A stretch of 64,000 nucleotides of DNA from Bacillota bacterium (lineage in GTDB: Bacteria > Bacillota > Clostridia > Christensenellales > DTU072), in NCBI GenBank assembly GCA_023394875.1, contig JAEXAB010000001.1, positions 320,588-384,587 of the forward strand, in the 5' to 3' direction. Below are positions 55,576 to 63,746 of this stretch, piece after piece (within the stretch, counting starts at the first letter, position 1; each line of letters starts with the position of its first letter). A program made the position numbers and the translations under genes. The notes beneath the pieces were generated by a model. The model did no database searches, was not told the DNA's origin, and worked only from the letters and a program-made list of their open reading frames with translations.

Positions 55576-55605
55576 ATTATACGTCCTAGCGCTCGTATGT
55601 GTCAA
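55576..55605 (-). promoter_or_regulatory. near-consensus sigma-70 promoter dedicated to the giant gene
   Basis: On the minus strand it reads TTGACA (55605..55600), an 18-nt spacer, then TATAAT (55581..55576). An AT-rich (TA)n/UP-like tract lies upstream at 55615..55637. The predicted leader of about 45-55 nt contains GGGAGGAG and the GGAGA Shine-Dalgarno. Confidence 0.65.
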
Positions 55606-55723
55606 TAGCTTTTTTGATATTATATAAATATATATATGCCAAAAAAAGCCGCTTTTGGCATTCTTAAAAGAGTCTTAAAAAAGGGGCTGTTTTGTAAAAA
55701 AATTTTATGCTTGCTTTTTTGCG

Positions 55724-56581
55724 TTATTTTCCAAAAACAGACCATTTTTCGGTGTAACAAAATTCACCGTTTTTTGGCAAAAATTGAAAACCGGAAAGGG
55801 TCTCTATTTCGTGAATATAGTTATTGCAGTAGCACTCAAAATTACAAAAATAATCGGGGTAGTTCAGGTTGTCCGTAGCGGACAGTTCTTTAATAAAGAC
55901 CTGCGTTATGTCGCCTTCTGTCAGCACATACTTTGCCTTAATATTCTTATTATAGGCTCCTATTTTGAAAGGATTAGTTACCTTATCGCTTGATTTAACG
56001 ACAATTTTGTCGTCTTCTAATTTTAGTCTGTCATCAGCAAGAGAAGCATACGGCCAAAGCACGATATTCCTGTTTGCCAAGAATCCGGTATCTTCTTTTG
56101 AGAGTTCAAAAGTCATTTCTCCGCCGCTCTTCATTACCGTAAGAGCCCACAAACAAATGTGCCTTTCTTCCCCAAGATTGGTTATTTTATGGGTAACGGA
56201 AATCTCATCGTTACTCAAAAACTCCACCTCCAGCTCAGGCTGCACCAAAACCTTAGCCCAAGGGCGGGGACGGAAGGTAACGGTATTATTTTTTACAAAA
56301 TATTCCACCTGGTCGTTGTCGGGATAGTACGTAGAAATGTCTTCCGGGCTTAGCCAAAGCCTGTGTCCGCCGTAAATATGCCACCTTGCGCCCTCTCCGT
56401 AATAGGAGGAGCAATCCTTGCTTATAACATCGTTTACGTCCTCAAACATGACGTTAAAACCATCTTTTTTCTTTAGTCCGATTATACGCGGTCCAACGTC
56501 CAAAGTAACAGTTAATTCAATATTATTATTGTCTAGTAAAATTGTCCTGCCCAAGAAGCAGTTGCCGAAATTTACGTTCAA
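55724..56581 (-). CDS. hypothetical cytoplasmic beta-sandwich protein, possibly galactose-mutarotase-like (DUF4380-like)
   Basis: The ORF is 285 aa with a TTG start at 56581 and GGGAGG 7 nt upstream. It has no signal peptide. The motif HIYGGHRLWLSPE and the overall beta-rich pattern recall aldose-epimerase-like folds. The assignment is tentative. Confidence 0.35.
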   Translation of the reverse strand: MNVNFGNCFLGRTILLDNNNIELTVTLDVGPRIIGLKKKDGFNVMFEDVNDVISKDCSSYYGEGARWHIYGGHRLWLSPEDISTYYPDNDQVEYFVKNNTVTFRPRPWAKVLVQPELEVEFLSNDEISVTHKITNLGEERHICLWALTVMKSGGEMTFELSKEDTGFLANRNIVLWPYASLADDRLKLEDDKIVVKSSDKVTNPFKIGAYNKNIKAKYVLTEGDITQVFIKELSATDNLNYPDYFCNFECYCNNYIHEIETLSGFQFLPKNGEFCYTEKWSVFGK

Positions 56582-56594
56582 TTTTTCCTCCCGA

Positions 56595-59500
56595 TTAGCT
56601 TAGAACTATCACTATTCTGCCTTCTCCAAGCATTATATATTCCAAAATTTCCACGCTGCCGCTCAAGTCAACTTCGGCTATTATTTCGCCTATTGTGGTA
56701 CCGATTAGATACTCATCGGCTAATTTTACTTCTATATAAACCTTTTTAATAAGCGCGGTTCCAAAGCTGTTTAACAGGTCGTTAAGGTTAGCTATTGAGC
56801 GGATAACCAAACCGTTATTATTTACTGTAGTAGCGTTATAAAAGTCATAAGAGTAAGGAGTGTCGGGATACTCTCCGAAAAGAACCGCCGATGTATAATA
56901 ACTGCTAACGTTATTTTCGGTCATCATAAAGTATTTGTGGTTGGCATACTGAACGCCGCTTATATCTCTTTTTATGCCGTAAGTGGCGTCTACGTAATAA
57001 TACTCTCCGTCGATTAAAACCTTGTTAAAACTGTGTCCTACGCCGTCAACCGTCAAAGACACTTTACTGCAAACAATGCCTTCGATTGCGCAAAGCAAAG
57101 TCATAGCTTTGGCTATACCGTCGCACACCGCTTTATTGTTGTTGAACACCCCTTCTAAATGGAAACTTTCATAATTATACACGCTGTATGCGTCTTCCTC
57201 TTCGTTTTCCAACAAGGAAAGAATATTAAAGTCGTAAGCCGTCGTAGTAGTGAGATAATCAAAGAACGCCAGTACCTTTTGTCTGTCGGTCATACTACCG
57301 TCGATTATGCTCCTTACCACGTTTTTCGCCTTCCTGTAAACGGTAGCAACCGAATCATTGGTAGGCATGGGAGAATAGCCGCCTTCGGCTGCGCTGTAAA
57401 GTTGGTCAGTGGTACTAACGTTTACATCGTTACGCATATAGATATAAAAATTGTCGTAGGCTTCGCCGTACGGATTTTTGGAATAATATACCGAATCTCC
57501 CTTAATTACAGCTATACTTTCGGTATTTTTCATTGCCTGCGCCTGAACGGTCTTCATTATCGTTACGTTATAAGAATTATCTTCGTTATTATAACTAAGC
57601 AACATCTTGTACTTGCCCGTTTCACAATAGCTTTGTTGGGCGCCCAAAAGCATTTTGTAAAGGTCTAAAAGCTCTGCACCCACAACGCCCTCTTCTATAC
57701 TTACAGGGTATTTTTCGGCTAGATACTCATCATACTCTATCCCTAATACTAACCTTACGGTAAAGGCATTATACAGTATTTCACCTTCGGTCTTGATTTC
57801 ATATTTTACGTTAGGATTGCTTGTGGGATTATTGAGCATTATATAGTCTAAAATCTCTCCAAGCTCCCTTACCGAAAGCACGTAGCTGTTTACGTTGGAC
57901 GTTATCGTCTTGAGATAAGAATAATGCTGTTCACTTATTTTGCCGAAATAATATTGCTTGTCGTCTTCGGAATCGGCAGCTTCTCCATAGAAATACCTCT
58001 CGGAGAATACGCCTCCCTTCCTCTTTACCCTAACAGAGAATTTGTCGTTCAAAGTAACGATACTTTGGGGTACATTGACGTAATCGGCGCCAAAATACTG
58101 CGGATTATCGGCGCTGTCTATCAAATAAATATCCCCGTTTTCTTTTATTATCTCCACAACGTAACCAGAGCTTGGCGATAAAAGATTCCAATGTATATTT
58201 ACGAAAATATCTTCGGCTTTATTAACGCCGTCAATAATAAGATAATTGACTGCGGCTTTATTGTTTACCGTATATTCATAGTTATAGTTAGTAAGATTTA
58301 CTATATCGCTTTCGTATTCTCCGTCGGGAGTGTTGCCGAATACTCTTATTATACCGGTACTTCCCTCATACGGCACACCGTCAACCGCCCCCACTACACC
58401 GTCTAACATTGATAGAGCGATGAGTTCTATATTGCCGTTTTGGGTGAGAGGATAATAAAAGTTCTTGCCGTTAACCGAATCTCCCACAAAAGTGGAGCCG
58501 CCTATTCTTTCGCCGTGTTCGTCTAGTGTATAAACATACCAGTTATAACTTTCGGGTTCCAAGCCGAACTCTCTGACCTGCGGGTTAATAATGAGGGTAT
58601 CCCCTGTCATAAACCGTGTCACCCCGAAATCAAAATTCTCTCCCGCGCTTACCGTGTTGCCTAAAATATCCTTACCTTCGGCAGTCAAAGTAAAGTCGCC
58701 GTCAATATTTAATCGTCTGGTTAAATCCTTGTCCTGCACAAGAGTTTGACCAACGTAAACTCCTTTTCCGATAGTGTTCTTCTTTTTTAAGTACCATTCG
58801 TAGTAAACGACGTTGCCCGAAGCTGTCGTCAAAGCGAACGTTACCTCATCACCGTATTGATAGGCGTCGTTTGAAGAAACGTAATTGAGCATGTTTAAGT
58901 CAAACCCGACAAACCTGTTGTAAATGGTGATTTTATCGCTTATTAATATTTGCTCCTGCTCTTGATACGGCATTACCCTTACGGTAACGTTATAGGAAGT
59001 TCTTGTAGAAACGTTGGGAATATGTTGATATTGGTCTTTATTGTCCATACCAATAACTTTTTCGCTGTCCACGTACCATTGAATACGCGGATTGGGGTCA
59101 CTATGTATGTCAAGTTTTACCAAACTGAAATTAATAGTCTTAGGATCTCCCAACACCTGATTGTATTGCGGATTGGTATCGGTTACCTGCAGACGGTATC
59201 TTCCCTTAGAGTATTTTACGCTGACGGGGAGCATTCCTTGAATTTCTTTACCGGCAGAGGTCTTGCATATAGCCAAAATATGCGTCATTCCCACAGAGAT
59301 AGGAGTTACCACACCCATGCTGGAAACTGTGGCAATTTGTTCGTTAAGGGAAGAATAAGTAACGGCTCTGCCGTCTTGGGCGTGCTGGGGAGAATAAATA
59401 ACATCCAGCTGAACACCGGTACTGTTATAGAGCATCTCTATACTGGATTCGGTAAAACTGACTTCCTTTACGGCAACGTATTCTACCACGATGTTAATTT

Positions 59501-59855
59501 TCAACGTGGCTTTCTTGTTCGTGGAGGAAGTAACGGTGAGCGGGACTTTCATTCCTTCTTCGGTAGTAAGCAAAGCGGTAACAAGCCCGTTTTGGTCTAC
59601 CGACACGTACTTTAGATACTCCGAAGGAATATAATAGTTCAATTTTCTGTTTGTGGCGTTTTGGGGCAAAATCTCCACGTTTAACTGCTTTTTCGCTGTT
59701 TCGCCCGAGGGAGAGAGATAAACATTGGCTGATTCTATGCGCAGAGTCTCTACCTCGACGTATCCGTCGGGCAATTGGGAACAACCGCTTATGGCAAAGA
59801 CCAACATAAATACGGCGATTAAGAATGCTAACCTTAATATAACACTTTTACGCAT
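56595..59855 (-). CDS. 1,086-aa lipoprotein with N-terminal Big_2-type Ig-like domains and a C-terminal transglutaminase-like (Cys-His-Asp) core
   Basis: The signal peptide plus lipobox is MRKSVILRLAFLIAVFMLVFAISG|C. The Big_2-like segment (VTYSSLNEQIATVSSMGVVTPISVGMTHILA) lies in aa ~35-215 (nt 59211..59753). The TGase-like core is AVCDGIAKAMTLLCAIEGI...GHSFNKVLIDGEYYYVDAT, aa 909-958. The Cys911 codon was verified at 57125..57123; His is at 941 and Asp at 956. Confidence 0.7.
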   Translation of the reverse strand: MRKSVILRLAFLIAVFMLVFAISGCSQLPDGYVEVETLRIESANVYLSPSGETAKKQLNVEILPQNATNRKLNYYIPSEYLKYVSVDQNGLVTALLTTEEGMKVPLTVTSSTNKKATLKINIVVEYVAVKEVSFTESSIEMLYNSTGVQLDVIYSPQHAQDGRAVTYSSLNEQIATVSSMGVVTPISVGMTHILAICKTSAGKEIQGMLPVSVKYSKGRYRLQVTDTNPQYNQVLGDPKTINFSLVKLDIHSDPNPRIQWYVDSEKVIGMDNKDQYQHIPNVSTRTSYNVTVRVMPYQEQEQILISDKITIYNRFVGFDLNMLNYVSSNDAYQYGDEVTFALTTASGNVVYYEWYLKKKNTIGKGVYVGQTLVQDKDLTRRLNIDGDFTLTAEGKDILGNTVSAGENFDFGVTRFMTGDTLIINPQVREFGLEPESYNWYVYTLDEHGERIGGSTFVGDSVNGKNFYYPLTQNGNIELIALSMLDGVVGAVDGVPYEGSTGIIRVFGNTPDGEYESDIVNLTNYNYEYTVNNKAAVNYLIIDGVNKAEDIFVNIHWNLLSPSSGYVVEIIKENGDIYLIDSADNPQYFGADYVNVPQSIVTLNDKFSVRVKRKGGVFSERYFYGEAADSEDDKQYYFGKISEQHYSYLKTITSNVNSYVLSVRELGEILDYIMLNNPTSNPNVKYEIKTEGEILYNAFTVRLVLGIEYDEYLAEKYPVSIEEGVVGAELLDLYKMLLGAQQSYCETGKYKMLLSYNNEDNSYNVTIMKTVQAQAMKNTESIAVIKGDSVYYSKNPYGEAYDNFYIYMRNDVNVSTTDQLYSAAEGGYSPMPTNDSVATVYRKAKNVVRSIIDGSMTDRQKVLAFFDYLTTTTAYDFNILSLLENEEEDAYSVYNYESFHLEGVFNNNKAVCDGIAKAMTLLCAIEGIVCSKVSLTVDGVGHSFNKVLIDGEYYYVDATYGIKRDISGVQYANHKYFMMTENNVSSYYTSAVLFGEYPDTPYSYDFYNATTVNNNGLVIRSIANLNDLLNSFGTALIKKVYIEVKLADEYLIGTTIGEIIAEVDLSGSVEILEYIMLGEGRIVIVLS

Positions 59856-59864
59856 AGTAATAAT

Positions 59865-59893
59865 AATATATTACTTTCTATATGTTTTGTCAA
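59865..59893 (-). promoter_or_regulatory. promoter of the transglutaminase-like lipoprotein gene, abutting its start codon
   Basis: On the minus strand it reads TTGACA (59893..59888), a 17-nt spacer, then TATATT (59870..59865). Nine nt (ATTATTACT) separate it from the ATG at 59855, and there is no Shine-Dalgarno. Confidence 0.55.
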
Positions 59894-59924
59894 GATAAAA
59901 GGTTGTTTTTCATTACGCAAACAC

Positions 59925-59953
59925 TTGTAAAAATGCCGGTTTAGTTATATAAT
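59925..59953 (+). promoter_or_regulatory. promoter of mrnC, abutting its start codon (leaderless-type)
   Basis: TTGTAA (59925..59930), a 17-nt spacer, then TATAAT (59948..59953). Six nt (TAGCCT) separate it from the ATG at 59960, and there is no Shine-Dalgarno. Confidence 0.6.
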
Positions 59954-59959
59954 TAGCCT

Positions 59960-60385
59960 ATGAAAACAATCGTTTGCTTACCCTTATCAAAAACCAGCTA
60001 TGAAAAATCCTACCTAAAAGACGTAAATCCTTTGGTCTTGAGTTTTGTGGGTGACGGCGTTCATACCCTGCTTATAAGGGCAAACACTTTGGAAAAATCT
60101 CCGTACAAAAATAACGAACTGCACGCTATGACATCAAAAAACGTATGCGCTACTAAGCAGGCTGCCGATTCCAAAAATTTACTTCCCTTCTTAAACGAAG
60201 AAGAACTGTTTATTTATAAAAAGGCAAAAAACGCAAAAACAAACTCTTTGCCAAAACACGCAACATTGATGGAATATCACTTGGCTACCGCATTGGAAGC
60301 TGTAATCGGGTATCTATATTTATCGGGGCAAAACGAACGTTTGGAAGAATTGCTTCTGAATATCTACCCCGAACTGGGAGAATAA
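59960..60385 (+). CDS. mrnC: mini-ribonuclease 3 (Mini-III, 23S rRNA maturation)
   Basis: The ORF is 141 aa. It has the RNase-III-like signature LSFVGDGVHTLLIR and ...ATALEAVIGYLYLSG. The position directly upstream of rlmB matches many Bacillota. Confidence 0.8.
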   Translation: MKTIVCLPLSKTSYEKSYLKDVNPLVLSFVGDGVHTLLIRANTLEKSPYKNNELHAMTSKNVCATKQAADSKNLLPFLNEEELFIYKKAKNAKTNSLPKHATLMEYHLATALEAVIGYLYLSGQNERLEELLLNIYPELGE

Positions 60386-60448
60386 TAAAGGGTAACCGAA
60401 AATATAATTTCGGTAGCCTAAAATGACACTATTAAGGAGAACGCCAAA

Positions 60449-61162
60449 ATGATTATTGAAGGCAAAAATCCGGTTTACGAAGCAATAAACGGCGGAGTTA
60501 CCATAGAAAAACTGCTTGTACTAAAAGACGCGCCGAATTCTTTCGGAGCCATATTAAAGGCATGCCGCGATAAGAAAATTGTAGTGCAGTTTGTGGACAA
60601 AGCCGCTCTTGATAGATTGAGCCCCACAAAAAAACATCAGGGAATAATCGCCGTGGGCACCGAATTTGTGTATAGCGAATTGGAAGAGATTTTTAAGAAG
60701 AAGGATAAGGACTTACTTATAATTATCCTGGACGGAATTGACGATCCGCACAACGTAGGAGCCATAGTCAGAGTTGCCGACTGTGTGGGCGCCGACGGAA
60801 TAATTATCCCCCGCCACCGTTCATGCGGGGTTACCGATACCGTAGTTAAGGTAAGCTGCGGCGCGACAAGCTATGTAAAAATTGCTAAAGTCGCTAATAT
60901 CAACGACGCTATAAGAAACATGAAAGATTTGGGAATTACTATTTTTGCCGCCGATATGGACGGGGCGGACATTTATAGAACCAATCTTAAAGGTGATATT
61001 GCCATTGTTATAGGCGGAGAAGGAAGCGGCGTTCATACCTTAACAAAGAAATTATGCGACGGTGTAATTTCCTTGCCGCAATTTGGCAAAGTAAATTCCC
61101 TAAACGCCTCCGTAGCTACCGGAGCTATACTTTACGAAGCAATCCGCCAAAGGAAAAGCTAA
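60449..61162 (+). CDS. rlmB: 23S rRNA (guanosine-2'-O-)-methyltransferase RlmB (SpoU/TrmH family)
   Basis: The ORF is 237 aa. SpoU motifs are LDGIDDPHNVGAIVRVADCVGADGII, VIGGEGSGV and LPQFGKVNSLNASVATGAILYE. An AAGGAGA Shine-Dalgarno is present. Confidence 0.85.
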   Translation: MIIEGKNPVYEAINGGVTIEKLLVLKDAPNSFGAILKACRDKKIVVQFVDKAALDRLSPTKKHQGIIAVGTEFVYSELEEIFKKKDKDLLIIILDGIDDPHNVGAIVRVADCVGADGIIIPRHRSCGVTDTVVKVSCGATSYVKIAKVANINDAIRNMKDLGITIFAADMDGADIYRTNLKGDIAIVIGGEGSGVHTLTKKLCDGVISLPQFGKVNSLNASVATGAILYEAIRQRKS

Positions 61163-61176
61163 TTTATAATTCCTAA

Positions 61177-61205
61177 TTGTAATTTTTGTCATAATACGCT
61201 ATAAT
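61177..61205 (+). promoter_or_regulatory. promoter abutting the ATG at 61212 (leaderless-type)
   Basis: TTGTAA (61177..61182), a 17-nt spacer, then TATAAT (61200..61205). Six nt (GCTTTT) separate it from the ATG, and there is no Shine-Dalgarno. Confidence 0.55.
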
Positions 61206-61211
61206 GCTTTT

Positions 61212-62327
61212 ATGAATTCCGTTATTATTAATAATAAAAAATATATCTATGACGATAAGACCACTTTGAAATCGGCTTTGCGCGAAGTGGGCTTTGTTTT
61301 TCCCTGCGGTGGACAAGGCAAATGCGGCAAATGCAAAATTACTTGCAAAGACCTGCATATAACCGACCTTGACAGACGTTTTTTAAGCGAAAATCAAATG
61401 GAAAGCGGAATAAGAATAGCTTGCGATAAAATTATCGACCGCGACATGGAAATTTCCTGTGATATTAAAGAAACAGCGGAAGCGCCCTTACCAAAACTTT
61501 CTTCTTGCCGTATTGCAGTAAGCATAACCCCAAGATTTATTGACGTAGGCATCGTTGACAATGAGCTTGTAGAAACGGTAACTATCCCGAACCCTTTATG
61601 TAAAATCGGCAATACGACACAAATAGCCCAAGCCTATAAGAAAGATAAAAATGCCCTTACCATTGCTTTACGCGCCTCTATAGGCAAAGAAAGCGTGGAA
61701 CTCTTCGAAAAATACTCTACCGCCAAAGCCGAAACAATGGCGATAGCGGCTAACGGCTTTTATCTTAATATTTTACTTGGTATCAATCTTGATTTATCCC
61801 CCGATTACGACGCGCTGACAGAAAATGATAATATAAATTTACCTGCAGAAAGCGTGTATATTCTACCAATTCTTAATAGCTACGTCGGCGGAGATATCTT
61901 TGCCGAAACAATAGAGATTAAGGAAAATTCTTTGCTAATAGATTTCGAAGACATCCTTACTTTTGCCGCTATCGGAAAGGAAGAAACCTTTATAGCTTCT
62001 ATGTGGGATATGGAGATTACTTCGGAATTGTCCTTAAAATGTTTCGCTGCCGCTTTGGATTTTATGATATACAAACAAAATTCCCGCCCCCTTGTTTATC
62101 TTTTCGGCAAATATCCTAACAGTATCGAAGATATAATAATAGATAAGGGCTTGGATTTTATACAAAAAACAAAGAGCCTTGATAACGTGGCAAAGGCGTG
62201 TGTCTTTTACCGTTACAGGACTAAGCTACTAAAAGAAAAAAGACGTTCTCAGGCAGTAAAGCTGCTGCAAGACGACAAATATCAGGATTTTTTATTGCAA
62301 AATAATATTAACGGAGGTTGTGTATGA
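61212..62327 (+). CDS. 2Fe-2S ferredoxin-domain protein with an ASKHA/DUF4445-like body (short relative of corrinoid reductive-activase-type proteins)
   Basis: The ORF is 371 aa. The N-terminal plant-type 2Fe-2S pattern is FPCGGQGKCGKCKITC...GIRIACD. The remainder is of the size and type seen after this domain in RACo-like proteins, but about 200 aa shorter. Confidence 0.4.
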   Translation: MNSVIINNKKYIYDDKTTLKSALREVGFVFPCGGQGKCGKCKITCKDLHITDLDRRFLSENQMESGIRIACDKIIDRDMEISCDIKETAEAPLPKLSSCRIAVSITPRFIDVGIVDNELVETVTIPNPLCKIGNTTQIAQAYKKDKNALTIALRASIGKESVELFEKYSTAKAETMAIAANGFYLNILLGINLDLSPDYDALTENDNINLPAESVYILPILNSYVGGDIFAETIEIKENSLLIDFEDILTFAAIGKEETFIASMWDMEITSELSLKCFAAALDFMIYKQNSRPLVYLFGKYPNSIEDIIIDKGLDFIQKTKSLDNVAKACVFYRYRTKLLKEKRRSQAVKLLQDDKYQDFLLQNNINGGCV

Positions 62328-63646
62328 GAATAGTAATTGCCGGCGGTGGTGTAGGAGGCTTTAGTTTGGCGGGGTTTCTTGCTAACTCCAAACATCAAGT
62401 AACCATCTTTGAAAGTTCGGAGAGTTTGGACAGCATGCGTTATGACTGGCACGACGACGCGTCGCCAAAGGTTTTTAACGAATTAGGTATTGCCATTCCC
62501 GAAGGAAGCCATCCGAAGAACAACTGCCTGTTTGTTTCCCCTTTTAACAAAGGCACTATGTATATAGAACAGCCAAAGGAAGGTTGCGACCTGGCTATGG
62601 AAAGAAGACCGCTTAACAAAATTCTTTATGACAGAATAAATCCCGAAAACGTCATTTTCGGCGCAAAGGTGACCAAAGCAATAGTAACCAAAGGCGCCGT
62701 TACCGGCTGTGAAGTTGTCTATTCCAACGGCAATAAAGAAAAAATATTCTGTGACCTTCTTATAGACAGCGCTGGCGCGCAATCCTCAGTCAGAAAGTCG
62801 CTGCCTCCCGAATTACATATTCAAAACATTATCCCTCCTAGCGAACTGTTCTATGCATACCGCGGCTTTTTCAACAAAGCCGAAGGCGTTACTCTTACCG
62901 ATACCGACAATAAGGTCTATATGAAGCATCTTGGCGAACAGGGCATATCCTGGTGCTTTAACAACCACGATAAGAATTCACTTAACGTTCTTATAGGCAG
63001 AATCGGAGAACTGAAAAAAGACACCATGGACAAAGCTATGGCGGATATAAGAAAGGACAATAAAGGCTTAGGTAACAACCTGCTTCGCGGCGGCGGCGTA
63101 TATTGTATTCCGGTAAGAAGACCGTTGTCAAGGCTGGTAGCAAACGGCTACGCGGCAATAGGCGACTGCGCCTGCATGACTATTCCTATGATAGGTTCGG
63201 GAATAGCAAGCTCCATTACCGCGGCAAAAATATTGGCGAACGTTTTAGCTAACGCAAAAGACGCCAAAATAGAAACTCTCTGGAAATACAATTATGAAGT
63301 GTTCAAAGCCTTCGGCGTGGCGCATTGCGGAGTTGATTATACAAAGAGATGGATGCTAAAGCAGTCTAACGATATGATAAACTGGCTATTTACGTCGGGC
63401 ATACTAGCCCCCGATGACTTGCAGCAGTCAAGTTCGGGTGCCACAAGCGCCATTTCCCCAAAAGCATTAATGAAAAAACTGGCTGTCGGCTTAAAGAGTC
63501 TTTCTAATTTCGGAAAGGTGCTTTCTATGCTGACAAGCTCCAAAAAAGCCGGCAAAATCGGAGACGCCATACCAGAAAAATACGACGAAGCAGCTATAAA
63601 TGCTTGGGAACAAAACCTGGAAAAGCAGTACGCCGTATTCGAATAA
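62324..63646 (+). CDS. FAD-dependent oxidoreductase (geranylgeranyl-reductase-like flavoprotein)
   Basis: I placed the start at the ATG at 62324 (MRIVIAGGGVGGFSLAGFL...FES). GGAGG lies 6 nt upstream, and there is an ATGA overlap with the previous stop. The GxGxxG...E dinucleotide fold is present. A later GDCACMTIPMIGSGI motif resembles the conserved GD motif of this family. Confidence 0.6.
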   Translation: MRIVIAGGGVGGFSLAGFLANSKHQVTIFESSESLDSMRYDWHDDASPKVFNELGIAIPEGSHPKNNCLFVSPFNKGTMYIEQPKEGCDLAMERRPLNKILYDRINPENVIFGAKVTKAIVTKGAVTGCEVVYSNGNKEKIFCDLLIDSAGAQSSVRKSLPPELHIQNIIPPSELFYAYRGFFNKAEGVTLTDTDNKVYMKHLGEQGISWCFNNHDKNSLNVLIGRIGELKKDTMDKAMADIRKDNKGLGNNLLRGGGVYCIPVRRPLSRLVANGYAAIGDCACMTIPMIGSGIASSITAAKILANVLANAKDAKIETLWKYNYEVFKAFGVAHCGVDYTKRWMLKQSNDMINWLFTSGILAPDDLQQSSSGATSAISPKALMKKLAVGLKSLSNFGKVLSMLTSSKKAGKIGDAIPEKYDEAAINAWEQNLEKQYAVFE

Positions 63647-63674
63647 AGTAAACCTTATTAAAAATAAAAATATA

Positions 63675-63716
63675 TTGTCAACCGTTTTTGCAATTGCGGT
63701 TGACAATTGTTTTTTT
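63675..63716 (+). terminator. rho-independent terminator
   Basis: TTGTCAACCG (63675..63684), a 12-nt loop, CGGTTGACAA (63697..63706), then TTGTTTTTTT. Confidence 0.75.
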
Positions 63717-63746
63717 AACGGCTATAATTTTTACGGAAGATTTGCC

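Noticed and set aside
55637-55660. The hairpin TGCCAAAA-N8-TTTTGGCA as a terminator separating the 285-aa gene from the giant gene.
   Set aside because: The stem is almost entirely A-T and the T-run is part of the stem or loop, so I cannot support efficient termination. It is mentioned only in the finding on giant-gene transcription signals.
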